From positions 43,823 to 107,822 of the forward strand of contig QPMI01000262.1 in assembly GCA_004431415.1 (NCBI GenBank): a stretch of DNA of 64,000 nt. Direction: 5' to 3'. The number at the start of each line of letters is the position of its first letter. The stretch's first letter is position 1. The stretch comes from Cyanophora paradoxa CCMP329 (lineage: Eukaryota > Plantae > Glaucophyta). The notes below the pieces were generated by a model. That model searched no databases, was not told the origin of the DNA, and saw only the letters and a program-made list of their open reading frames with translations. Made by a program: the position numbers and the translations under genes. Positions 12,070-22,495 of this stretch are shown piece by piece.

Positions 12070-15000
12070 ATGGAGGCCTTCCTGCGGGTTTTCAACATCA
12101 ACTTGAACTGCTTCGACTGGGGGCGCAGCGATGACTCGGGGCCCCCGACTCCGATCCCGGAGCGCCCCCTGTGCGCGCCTTCGAAATCGGGGGTGCGGGC
12201 GCGCCCTGCCAGGCTGACCCGTCCCGTCCCGCGCAGGACGCCGCGGGAGAAGGAGCCGCCGGCGTCATGCCCGGAGCTGGCGGGCGCCCCGGGGCTCCCC
12301 GCCGAGAGCCCTAGCGCGGCCCCCGCGCCGGCCGAGCTGCCGCACAGCGCCTCGCTCGCCCGTTCCTCCTCGTTCCCCGTCGCGAGGCCCCACGTGCGCG
12401 GGGGCCCCTCCTCCAGGCGGCGGGCGGGGCGGGGCTGACGCGGGGCGGGGGCAGCACGAGGAGGAGAAGGACCGGGTGCGGCCGGGGTCGGGCTCCAGCG
12501 GCGGCGCCTCCTTCCCCGTGCTCGCCCTCACCGAGGAGCCGCCCGCCCCGCCGGCGGCCCCCGCCGCCCCGGCTGCGGCGAAGGCGGCGCCGGGGGCGAC
12601 CCTGGCGGCGCCGCCGGCGTCGGCGCCGCGGCTGTCGCCGGTGCCGGAGGAGGCGGCGGGGGGCGGGCACGCGGAGGCCCACCCGCGCTTCCGCGCCCGC
12701 GTCGTCTCCTGCCCCGGCGAGGTCCCCCGCCCCGCGCCCCGGCCCCGCCCGCCCCCGCCGACCCCGCGCAGCCCGAGGCCGTCGCTGCTGCCGCCGCTGC
12801 GGCCGCGGGGCCGGGGTGCTGCCGCGGGCGCCGGAGCTCGGGCTGGCGATCCGGACGGGGAGCCCGCACACGCCGGGGCCCGAGGCCTCGCCGGCCGGCA
12901 GGGAGGCGGCGACGCCCAAGGGCGAGGGCGAGGCCCCGGGCTCGCCGGCCGGCGTCGCGCGCAAGGAGCGCCGCCCGTCGTCGATCGCGTCGCTCGCGGC
13001 GGCGCAGAAGAGCTCGTTCCACTTCGCCTCGCGGTGCGCCCCGCGGGGCCGCCGCCCCGGCGGCGCGGGCTGACGGAGGGCGGCGGGGCGCAGGGCGTCG
13101 AAGGCGCCGGAGGCGGGCAAGCCGCCCGGCGAGGAGCGCATGAAGCGCCTCATCGACGTCGTCATGGCCGGTCCGCCCCGCCCCCGTCCCCCCCCCCGCC
13201 CGGCGCGGCGGGGCCTGGCGGGGGCCGACGGGGCGCGGCAGCGATCCCGAAGGCGATGGCGGAGGGGGCGGGGGACGACGAGGCGGCGATCGCGGCTCTG
13301 GTGAGCAACATCAAGACGTCGGTGCTGGAGGCGCGCGGGGCGGAGGAGCAGCGGCCGTCGAGCCGCGTCAAGAAGGACGCCCAGGTCGTCCTGAAGCGCA
13401 TCGAAGAGAAGCGCCTCGAGCACAAGGCCCGCCCCCGCCCCCGGCCCCGCCCCCGGGAGCCACCCGCCAGAAGCCCCGCCTTGGCTGACGCCTGCGGGTG
13501 CGGGGGGCCGCGCAGGTGCACTGCGCGCAGATCGCGCCGGCGGTGTTCGTGTCGATCGCGGAGGAGTTCGGGCTCGCCCCCGGCACCCTCAAGCCCTCGC
13601 AGCTCGTCCAGGCCCTCAAGCGCATCGGCTTCGACCACGGTGCGGCCCCCCGCCCCCCGGCCCTCGAGCCGGGCCGAGGCGGGGCGGGGCGGGCAGTGTT
13701 CGACCTGCGGTACGCGGCGGACGTGACGATCATGGAGGAGGGCAGCGAGCTCCTCGCCCGGTGCCCCCGCGCCCCCCCGGCCCGCCCCCGCTCCCCCGCC
13801 CCCCCTCACGCCCCGCCCCGGGCTCGGGCGCGCAGGCTCAAGTCGGGGGGCCCCTTCCCGATGTTCACGTCGTGCTGCGCCGGCTGGCTGCGCTCCGCGG
13901 AGGAGGAGTACCCGTGCGGCGGCCCGTCCCCTCCCCGTCCGCGCAGGGGGCCGAGGGGGCGGGCAGGGACCTGCTCAAGCACCTCTCCTCCTGCAAGTCG
14001 CCCATGACGATGAACACCAGCCTCGTCCGCCCGCCCCGCCCCGCCCCGCCCCGGCCCCCGCCGCCCCGCCCTCCGCGCCCCGCTGAGGCGGCCCCCGCCA
14101 GATCAAGTCCTTCTTCGCGAAGAGCATCGAGGCGGACCCCGCGACCGTCGTCGTCACCTCCATCATGCCCTGGTCCCCGCCCGAGGCCCCTCGCCGGGGG
14201 CGCCCCGGCCCGCCTGACGCTGCGGGGGGCGGGGCAGCACAATCAAGAAGGTGGAGGCGCAGCGGCCGCAGCTGCTGGAGGCGGTGCACCACACGGACCA
14301 CGTGATCACGACGCGCGAGCTGGCGGCCATCTTCCGCGCGATGGACCTCAACTGGGACGACCTCGACGGCGCCGGGCCCTCCTCCGAGTTGTCCGCCACG
14401 CTTCCCCACACGTTCCTCCACGTCTGCTCGCCCCGCTCCCGCCTCGCCGACCCGCGCCGGCAGCTCGTCGTGGATGGGCCCGGGCTCGGGGGCCGGCGGC
14501 ATCTTCGGCGTGACGGGCGGCGTGATGGAGGCGCTTTAACTCTCTCTTCTTTCGAGCTTGGACGAGCTTGGCCTGACGCAGCGGCAGGCGGCGCTGCGGA
14601 CGGCGTACGAGCTGGCGACGGGGAAGCCGCTGGAGAACGTGAAGATCGAGGAGCCGCGCGGGCTCTTCGGCCTCAAGGAGGGCGCCCTCGAGGTCGCGGG
14701 CGTCGGCGAGCTCAAGTTCTGCGTCGTCGACGGCCTCACCAACATCAAGCCCGCCCCGCCCCCCGCCCCCGCCCCGGCTCCTCGAGGCGCTTCCCGCTGA
14801 CCCCGCCCCGCCCTGCGGCAGGCGCGTGATGGAGCAGACGCGCGCCGGCGAGTGCCCCTACCACTTCGTTGAGATCAGTGCGCGCGCCCCGCCGCGTCGA
14901 ACCCGCCTGCACCGCGTCGGCGTCGGCGTGACGGCCTCCCCTCACTCCCTCGCTCGCGCGCGCAGTGATGTGCACGAACGGGTGCATCAGCGGCCCCGGG

Positions 15001-18000
15001 CAGCCGCGGAGCAAGGACAAGAGCATCGCGAAGCAGCGTATGAACGCGCTGTACACGGCGGACGAGCGGGCGGTCATCCGCAAGTCGCACGAGAACCCCG
15101 CCGTCAAGCGCCTCTACGACGAGGTCCGGCCCCCGCCCCCGCCCCGCGCCCGCCCCGCCATTGCCCGCCGCCTCCGCTGAGGCCCTCTCTCTGGGGCAGT
15201 TCCTGGGGCAGCCCCTCTCCCACGTCCGCGCCCCCCGCCCCGCCCCTCGGTCGCGCCGGGGCCGACGGTGCGGGGCGCGCAGCTCTCGCACGAGCTGCTG
15301 CACGTGGAGCACTGGCCGCACCACAAGCGGCCCGAGGGCGCCGCCAACGGCCACGGCCACGGCGCCGAGGGGATGGACAAGCACCAGCTCCAGGCGGGCA
15401 CCGCGGGCCGCGCAGCCGTTGCGCCGGCTGACGGGGCGGCAGGCGAGCTTCGGGGCGCTGGAAAAGGGCCTCGAGGCGGGGGCGGCGGCGGCGGAGCCCG
15501 AGGTGGTCTACGGCGAGGGGGAGGCCCCCGAGCCAGTCGCCTGGGCCCTGCCCCCGCCCGCCGCGCGCGTCGTCTACGGCTCGGAGACGGGCAACGCGGA
15601 GACGCTGGCGCGGGTGGTGGCGAAGGAGCTGGCGGGGCGAGGCGTGGCGGTGAAGTGCTCGGAGGCGGACGAGCTGGAGATGGACGAGCTGCAGGGCGTG
15701 ACGACGCTGCTCCTCGTCGTCTCGACGGCCGGGCAGGGCGAGCTCCCCGACAACTGCAAGGACTTCTACAGCGGCCTCAACCCCTCCAAGCACCCCAAGA
15801 ACTGGCTCCGCAACCTCCACTACTCGGTGATGGGGATCGGGGACTCGAGCTACGCCTTCTTCAACCGGGCGGCGGTGATGTTCGATGAGCGGCTCGCGCT
15901 GCTCGGGGCGCAGCGCTTCCGCGACCGCGGCGTCGGCGACGACCAGGACGAGGAGCGCTTCGAGACCGGCTTCGAGAAGTGGGCCCCCGGTGCGCCCGCC
16001 CCCGCCCCGGCCCGCTCCGGCGGGCCTCACCGCGGCTGCAGCGGTCTACAAGGCGCTCAAGCTGCCGCCCATGAAGGAGGACAGCACCGGTGCGCCCCGC
16101 CGCCACTCGCCCCGTGCCGCGCACTGACGGGGCGCCGACGGCAGTCGGCCCGCCCTCGCACAAGGTCATCCTCACGACGGGCCCCAACGTCACCCGCAAG
16201 TTCGAGGCGCGCCCCGCCCCCCCGGCGCCCGCCGGCCGGCCGCCGGCCTGACGTGCGGGCGCGCAGGAGGGGTGGCGGCCGATCCTGGCGGACGGCTCGG
16301 CGCAGCTGATCCGCCTCGACTCGAACGTGCGCATCACGCCCGAGGGCTACGACCGCGACATCCGCCACCTCACCTTGTCCGCCGCCCGCCGCCCGCCGCC
16401 GCCTGCCGGACCCGCCGCGGGCGGGGCTGAGGGTGCGGGGCCCCCGGGGGCACAGCGAGGTGCGGGACGTGCCGGAGCAGCTGAAGTACACGGTGGGGGA
16501 CGCCCTCGCCATCTTCCCCCGCAACGACCCGGGGGAGACGGCGGCCTTCCTCAAGTGGTTCGGCCTCGAGCCGACGGACCTCGTCTCCTTCAAGGTCAAC
16601 GAGAACTACAAGGGCGACGCCAAGCCGCGGCCCCCGCTGCCCCCGGGGACCACCCTCCTCGACTACGTCTGCGACTGCGTCGACCTCTTCGGCCGTCCCA
16701 ACGCCCGCTTCTTCGCCGCCCTCGTCCGCCCCGCCCCGCCCCGCCCCGCCACCTCGAGGGCGCGCGCGACGCGGGGCGGGGCAGGCGAAGTTCGCGACGG
16801 ACGTGCACCAGCGGGAGGAGCTGCTGGCGATGGCGGCCAAGTCGTGGCGCGGCACGGCGGCCTTCGCCGTCCTCCAGAAGGACGTCGGGCAGGTCACCTA
16901 CGCCAGCCTCATGTCCAGCTACCCCTCGGCCCGCCCCTCCCTCGCCCAGCTCCTCGACCTCATCCCCCCCATCAAGCCCCGCTACTACTCGATTGCCTCG
17001 TCCCCGCACGTCGTGCCGGGCAAGCTCGAGCTCTCCGTCGTCATCGTCGACTGGGAGAAGCCGGACAAGAGTGTCGGCTACGGCACCTGCACCGGCTACC
17101 TCCGCCAGCTCGTCGACGGCCCGCACTGGGGTCCGCCACCGCCGGCCCCGGGCCCGCCCTGGGCCGACCGGGCCTGACGCGGCGCCGCAGTTCCCGTGGC
17201 GCTCAAGCCCGGCGTCGGCATCTGCATGCCCCCGCACCCCAGCACGCCCATCGTCATGGCCGGCCTCGGCACCGGCCTCGCCCCCATGCGCGGTGCGCTC
17301 GCCGCTGCGGCGGCCTCCCCCTCGCCTCGCGGGGCGGGGGGCGAGCGGGGCCTGCTCGCTGGCGCAGCGATGGTGCAGGAGCGGTGGTGGCAGGTGGTGC
17401 ACGGGAAGCGCGTCGGGCCCTCCGTCCTCTTCTTCGGCTGCCGCCACTCCAAGGCCCGCCCCGCCCCGCACCGCGGCCCCCCGCCCCCCCGCCCCCGCGC
17501 CCCTGAGGCCCCGCCCCGCAGGGCGACTACCTCTACTCCTCCAAGTGGTGCGCCCGCCGGCCGCGCGGGGCAGGGCGCGGGCGGCTGACGCGGGGGGCAG
17601 GGACGAGTACGTGCAGCAGGGCGCCCTCTCGCACCTCCGCGTCGCCTTCTCCCGCGACGGGCCCAAGAAGGCCCGCCCGCACGCCGCCTCCTCGCCGGCC
17701 CCGCTGCCCGCCTCGGGCCCCGCCCCTCACCCTCCCCCGCCCGCGCAGGTGTACATCCAGGACAAGATCGCGGCGGAGCCGGAGCTGCTGTACGACTGCT
17801 TCGTGAAGCGCGGGGGCTACTTCTTCTTCTGCGGGCCCGCGGGGCGCGTGCCGCAGGACATCCGCGCCGCCATCGAGACCGCCATGTCCGAGGCGAGCCG
17901 CGCCCCGCGGGGCGCGCGCGGCGCCTCGCTGGGCTGACCCCGGGGCCCGGGGCGGGGCGGACGGGCAGGCGGGCAAGGAGGAGGGCTTCACCAAGGAGAT

Positions 18001-18122
18001 GGCCTCCCAGTACATCGACAAGATGCGCCTCCAGGTGCGCCCCGCGCCCCGCAGCCCCCGCGGCACCCCGCCGAGGGCCCCGTCCCCCGCAGGGCCGCTA
18101 CATCATCGAGGCCTGGTCGTAG
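12070..18122 (+). CDS. hydA: [FeFe]-hydrogenase (H-domain) fused to C-terminal flavodoxin + FAD/NADPH-binding diflavin reductase module
   Basis: Spliced H-cluster motifs: [43 protein letters not shown]|[17 protein letters not shown]|AALRT, FVEI|[34 protein letters not shown]. Then flavodoxin YGSETGNAE...STAGQGELP...GIGDSSY..FN, and FNR-like [37 protein letters not shown]|[17 protein letters not shown]. One probable homopolymer frameshift near 12810 in the low-complexity N-terminus. Confidence 0.92.
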
Positions 18123-18999
18123 GCCGCGGCCGGCACCGGCCCCCGCCCTGCGGCCTCCAGGCCGCCGCTCGCTCCTTCGGGCAGCGGGCAGCTGCTCGTC
18201 AACGGTCGGCCTTCTCAAACTCTATATCTCTTTCTTTTTGGGATTGGGACAGTGCAGTTTATTTCGACGACTCAGCACGCTCTGCTTCTCTATTCCTTTA
18301 CTAGTTAGGCACATGCATAAGATTGATTTTAACTTGGATTTTGTTCCCTAGATTTTGTTTACTAGGATTGTGAAAATAGGTATGTCGCCGAGTCAGTCAT
18401 AAATCAACTTAGTGTGATCATCGGATGTCAAGAGTGTACCGTAGTGCCGTAGTCTCAGAGTTGGGTTGCCGTAGTGCATATCATTCGTAGTGCCGTAGTG
18501 CATATCATTCGCTAGGCCGGCGCCACCACTAGGCTAGGCCGCGATGTGCGGCGTGTACTGCGGCGGCGAGCGGGGCCAGCTGCAGATCTAGATGGAGGCG
18601 CCAGATATAGCGGCAGCGCCTGGGGAATGCGACGCGCTCGAGCGTTTCGCACACCGGGCGATGTGTGGCTGGATCCGGAGCAGGTGCCTTGTAACGCTGC
18701 CCCCCCCCCGGTTTTGGGCAGCCCCAAAACCGGCGCTGGCGCCGCGGCGGCAGCGCGGAGGACCCGAAGCGGTACACAGCGCAATCGTTGCTCTGTACCG
18801 CGCATGCATAACGCGACCAGAGCGCTAGCACCGCGGACTGCATGACGGAATCGCTGTCCCCCCCCTCCGCAAGCGGGCGCGCGGGACCTTGGCGCGCGGG
18901 CGCGCAGCGGGGATCCGCTAGCAAAAAGGACCTATGCGCGCCGATTCCCTAGCACTCGTGTAGCTGTCTTGCCGATCGCGCGCCGGGATCCGGAAGCCC

Positions 19000-21900
19000 G
19001 CGCCCGCAGTGGTCGAAAACCGATGGTAACGGGGCTAGACGCCACCACTTGCGAACTGCTCTATGTAAGGGTCTCTTTATTTATGCCAGCTATCGTGTAG
19101 CGCGCTGCCCCCCTCGCCCCGCCATGCCACAACGTTAACACACACTCCCCAACCGAGTGGTGCAATTATCTTTCTAGTAGAATGCGCTCTTGTGTCCCTG
19201 ATAGGTGCCACGGTGTCCGTAAAGTGTCAAGTCGAAAGATGAGCCTACTGGTTGCGCCGGGTAGGGAACCTATCAGCCATCGGACGGGGTGGAGCTAATC
19301 AAGGAGACGTAAACTAAAGCAAAGCTAACCCAGAGCAGAGAGCTAACTACCTATACATCTAGCCTAGCGTAGGACTAGTCTCCAGGGAGGACTACCCAGG
19401 GGTCTACGAGAGGGAGGTAAATCAAAACACTGCTACTGCTAGTGCTGCCTGCCTAGGGACCGTCGGGACGTCCGGGGCTCGCGGGCTGTTCTACTGTACG
19501 GTAGGAAAGCCAGGACGGACCCGCGGTCTAATCTGCCTACTCTCGACGCGGCCGCGACTACAGCTAGCGCGGCGGGCTCCGCGTCGAGGGGGCCGCTCGC
19601 CCGAGGCGCGGGTGGAAGCACGTCGGCGTAGAGGGGCCGAGGGGAATGAGGCGAGGGGGGATGTTGCGGGAAAGAAGTGGGGCGGGATGGAGAAGGTCGG
19701 CGCCGGCCGGGGCGGGGAGGGGGAGGGTCAGACTTCTCGGTCAGCAGGGCTTCCAGCCTCGAACCAGCCGCCGCACCCCCGCCGCGGGCAATTGCGAGCC
19801 CCCCTCCGCGGCGGTCCTTCAACCCACGGTCCTGGCGCGATGGCCGGGGTATCTGGTGGGTGCAACGACCAGCCGAAGCCTTCCGCCAAGCCTTCCGGTC
19901 CATCGTTCCCTCCCTGTCGAGGCGCGAGGAGCGTGGGCGAGGTCGTGAGTGGGAGGCAGGGCCAAGAGAGCGAGCGGGAGAGCAGAGCGGGAGAAGGAGG
20001 CAAGGCAGGCGCTCGCTTCGGCGGGGGGGCCCAGCGAGTCGGTCGGGGCGGCTATATCTAGTGTGTGCGAGGCTAAGAGTAGATCAGGGAAGTTTCTCGA
20101 GTAGGTAGGTGGTGTCGAGAGTCTCCTCCCGACGTAGGCCCCCCCCCCCCCCTTTCGCGCGACTCGGGGTACCGTTTAGAGCGGGCTAGGATGTGACTCC
20201 CAAGGGCGTACCTTGACGCAATCGTAGAGCTCTTGGGCGCGGAGCGCCGCCTTCCAGCCCGCGTACTCCGGTGGGCAGTCTGCATTCCGAGCGGCGTTGA
20301 GTAGATTGTGAAGGCGAATCGGCCCGTCGCAGGCGGCGCAGACTTCTTTACAGGTCCGGGGGCCGCGGGCCCGCTCTCGGGCGCGGGCGCCCGTGCGGGG
20401 CGGGCGCGGTCGCTTCTTTGAGGCCTGGGAGATGCGGCAGTCGCGTTCCCACTCCGCGTTGATTTCGCAGCGGCGTGACCAGAGGCGTCGTGCCCGCTCC
20501 AGAAGCGTCTGCCGAAGTGCGAAGCATAGGCGTCGTGCAGTCTGCCGAAGTGCGAAGCATAGGCGGGGCTCGCGGGGGCGGGGCGGGGCGAGGGGGCACC
20601 GTGTGATGGGGGGGATCTCGCGGCCGGCGACGTCGGCCCAGATGCGGCGGATGGCGCCTTCGATGTGGCCCATGATCGAGTCCCGCGTCGCGAAGCTCAT
20701 CTCCACGTCGATCTGTTTTCCGAGGAAGCGAGGGGGTGAGCGGAGGGCGGTACGCGAAGGACCGCCGGGCCACGCGTGCGCGCGCCTGCGTGAATTCGGG
20801 CTGCCTATCCGCTCGCAGGTCCTCGTCACGGAAGCAGCGCGTGATCTGCCGGCCAGCACAGCCCTCAGGAGGGGTTGCGCAGGAGCGGAGTGGGGTACGG
20901 CGCGCCTGGAAGTAGCGGTCCATCCCGCCGACCATGAGGAGCTGCTTGAAGAGCTGCGGGCTCTGCGGCAGAGCGTACCTGCACGTACCCCTCGGCGCTC
21001 GGGGATTGCCTGATCGCCAACCCCTGGTCTCCGCGTGCCGCGTACCGGGGTGCGAGGTTCAGGCAGCGTGCGAGGGCGCTTTCTAGATTCTGCGGAGCGA
21101 GGCCCTGGAGCACCCAGAGGCGCGGATACGCGTACGGCCTACCATCGTAGCTGCGCGCCTCGGCGTCGTCGTCCGCGACGCGGAGGAAGATTGGGACCAG
21201 GTCGGGGGCAAGGAGGGCTCCTGCCGGCGGCGCTGTGAGGCCGTGGGCCTCTCTGTATGCGCAGAGCAGAAGTCGGTTCAGTTCACGAGCAGTCTCCGCG
21301 CGGTGCGCGACCGCATGCGGACCCGGCCACAGGAAGACGTGCGGGAAAGTTTCAGTCGGGCCTGCGGTAAGAGCCGTCGGTGCCCGGTTCGGGCGGCTGG
21401 GGCCCGCTGCTGGTTGGACATGCGAGGCTGCGGGTGCAGTCTGGTTGTTCTGTGAGGCCGTCGGGCCGCTAGTCTCTGCACGAGGGAGCGGCGTTCTGGT
21501 GGCGCAGCCCGCACAGCGTCCCCCTGGGTTGTAGGCGGTGTAGAGTTCCTTCTGGTCACGTACCCGGATTTCGTTCGCTGGTAGCGAGCTACAGAGCAGC
21601 TGCGTCCGAAACTTGAATAGCGCGTTGCGGGCACCATTGGCGCCTTGGAATCGGGAGCCTACGTTCGTTTCCGCATATAGCCCCGCTATGTCTGCGCCGT
21701 CGGCGCCTCGGCGCAGGAGCGCGCCAGCCAGCGGTTGTTGGGTCCAGGCAAAGTGCGTCTGGTGCTCGTGAAGTGCGTCCATGTGTGTGCGTCCGTCGTG
21801 TGCGCCCGTCGGGGTCGCTGATGGTGAGCACCGCAGGCATGCTGAAGGCCGGCGGCAGAAAGAGAGGTTCATGCCGGTTTTCGTCCGCCAGCTCCAGGTC

Positions 21901-22330
21901 GGCCGCCAGGGGTCGCGGGCGTCGCCCTTCGCGTGCGCTTTGACTTTGACGAGCTTGAGCGGCCGCCCGCGCTCCTCTAGCATTGTCCTGAGCTTGCTCC
22001 ATGCGTACAGTTCCGCGGAGCAGGCGTGCCGGATGTATTCCCGCGGGCTGCGGCAGCTTGCGTGCTGGACGAAATCGGAGTACCAGCGGATCGCGTTCAT
22101 GTTGTCGACGTGTAGAACCGCTCCGAAAGGCGAGAGCAGGTCAGCCATGAGCGCCGCCTGGAGTTCCGCACCTAGGCCACCCCTAGGCCTTTTGTTCAAC
22201 GGTTCAGGTCCGGTGGCCCACTCGACCTCCCGGAGTCCGAGACTCAGTGTGCGCGTGACTGCAAGCCGAATTCCCGAAGCCGTTGTCCTGGGCCCCGAGG
22301 CCCACCGCCGGGAGGGGCTCCGTGGGTGGT
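19000..22330 (-). mobile_element. Degenerate 3' portion of an RNase H-containing non-LTR (LINE-like) retrotransposon
   Basis: Intronless ORF 20865-22199 has RNase H motifs (AELQAAL, HVDN, LVKVKAHAKG; AD in a shifted frame). These are followed by FRTQLLCSSLP, C..C...ETFPHVF and, after an insertion, [13 protein letters not shown]. No RT is seen in the window. Element ends are not defined. Confidence 0.65.
20600..20978 (-). pseudogene. aspS: Three-exon internal fragment of a bacterial-type (organellar) aspartyl-tRNA synthetase embedded in the retroelement
   Basis: Exons 20978-20906 ([24 protein letters not shown]), 20845-20786 ([20 protein letters not shown]) and 20712-20600 ([19 protein letters not shown]) form the AspRS motif-2 region. 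Two GC-AG introns are retained, and no other AspRS exons are seen nearby. Confidence 0.88.
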
Positions 22331-22495
22331 CCCCGCGATCTCGGACTCAGCTAGCACGCGTACGTGCACGCTCCAATCGCGAGGCTCTGCTGCTCGACCA
22401 TGATCATGATCGTGGTCACCGTGGCACATGTACCGTAGTACAGCACATGTACCGTAGTACAGCATATATGGCACCCGGAAGCAGCCGCATATATA

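Noticed and set aside
13516-15330. Possibility that the hydrogenase-like domain is the Nar1/NARF Fe-S assembly factor
   Set aside because: It retains TSCC (two Cys), MPCxxKxxE, GGVMEAALRT and the proton-transfer residues of catalytic enzymes. It also lacks the Nar1 N-terminal Cys cluster.
18700-18740. 11-bp stem hairpin CCGGTTTTGGG-cagc-CCCAAAACCGG as a Helitron end or terminator
   Set aside because: No CTRR terminus at the expected short distance and no matching 5' end was identified. Intrinsic terminators are not expected in a nuclear genome.
20348-20978. A functional aspartyl-tRNA synthetase gene
   Set aside because: Only three internal exons are present, flanked on both sides by retroelement sequence. 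There is no anticodon-binding domain or motif 3.
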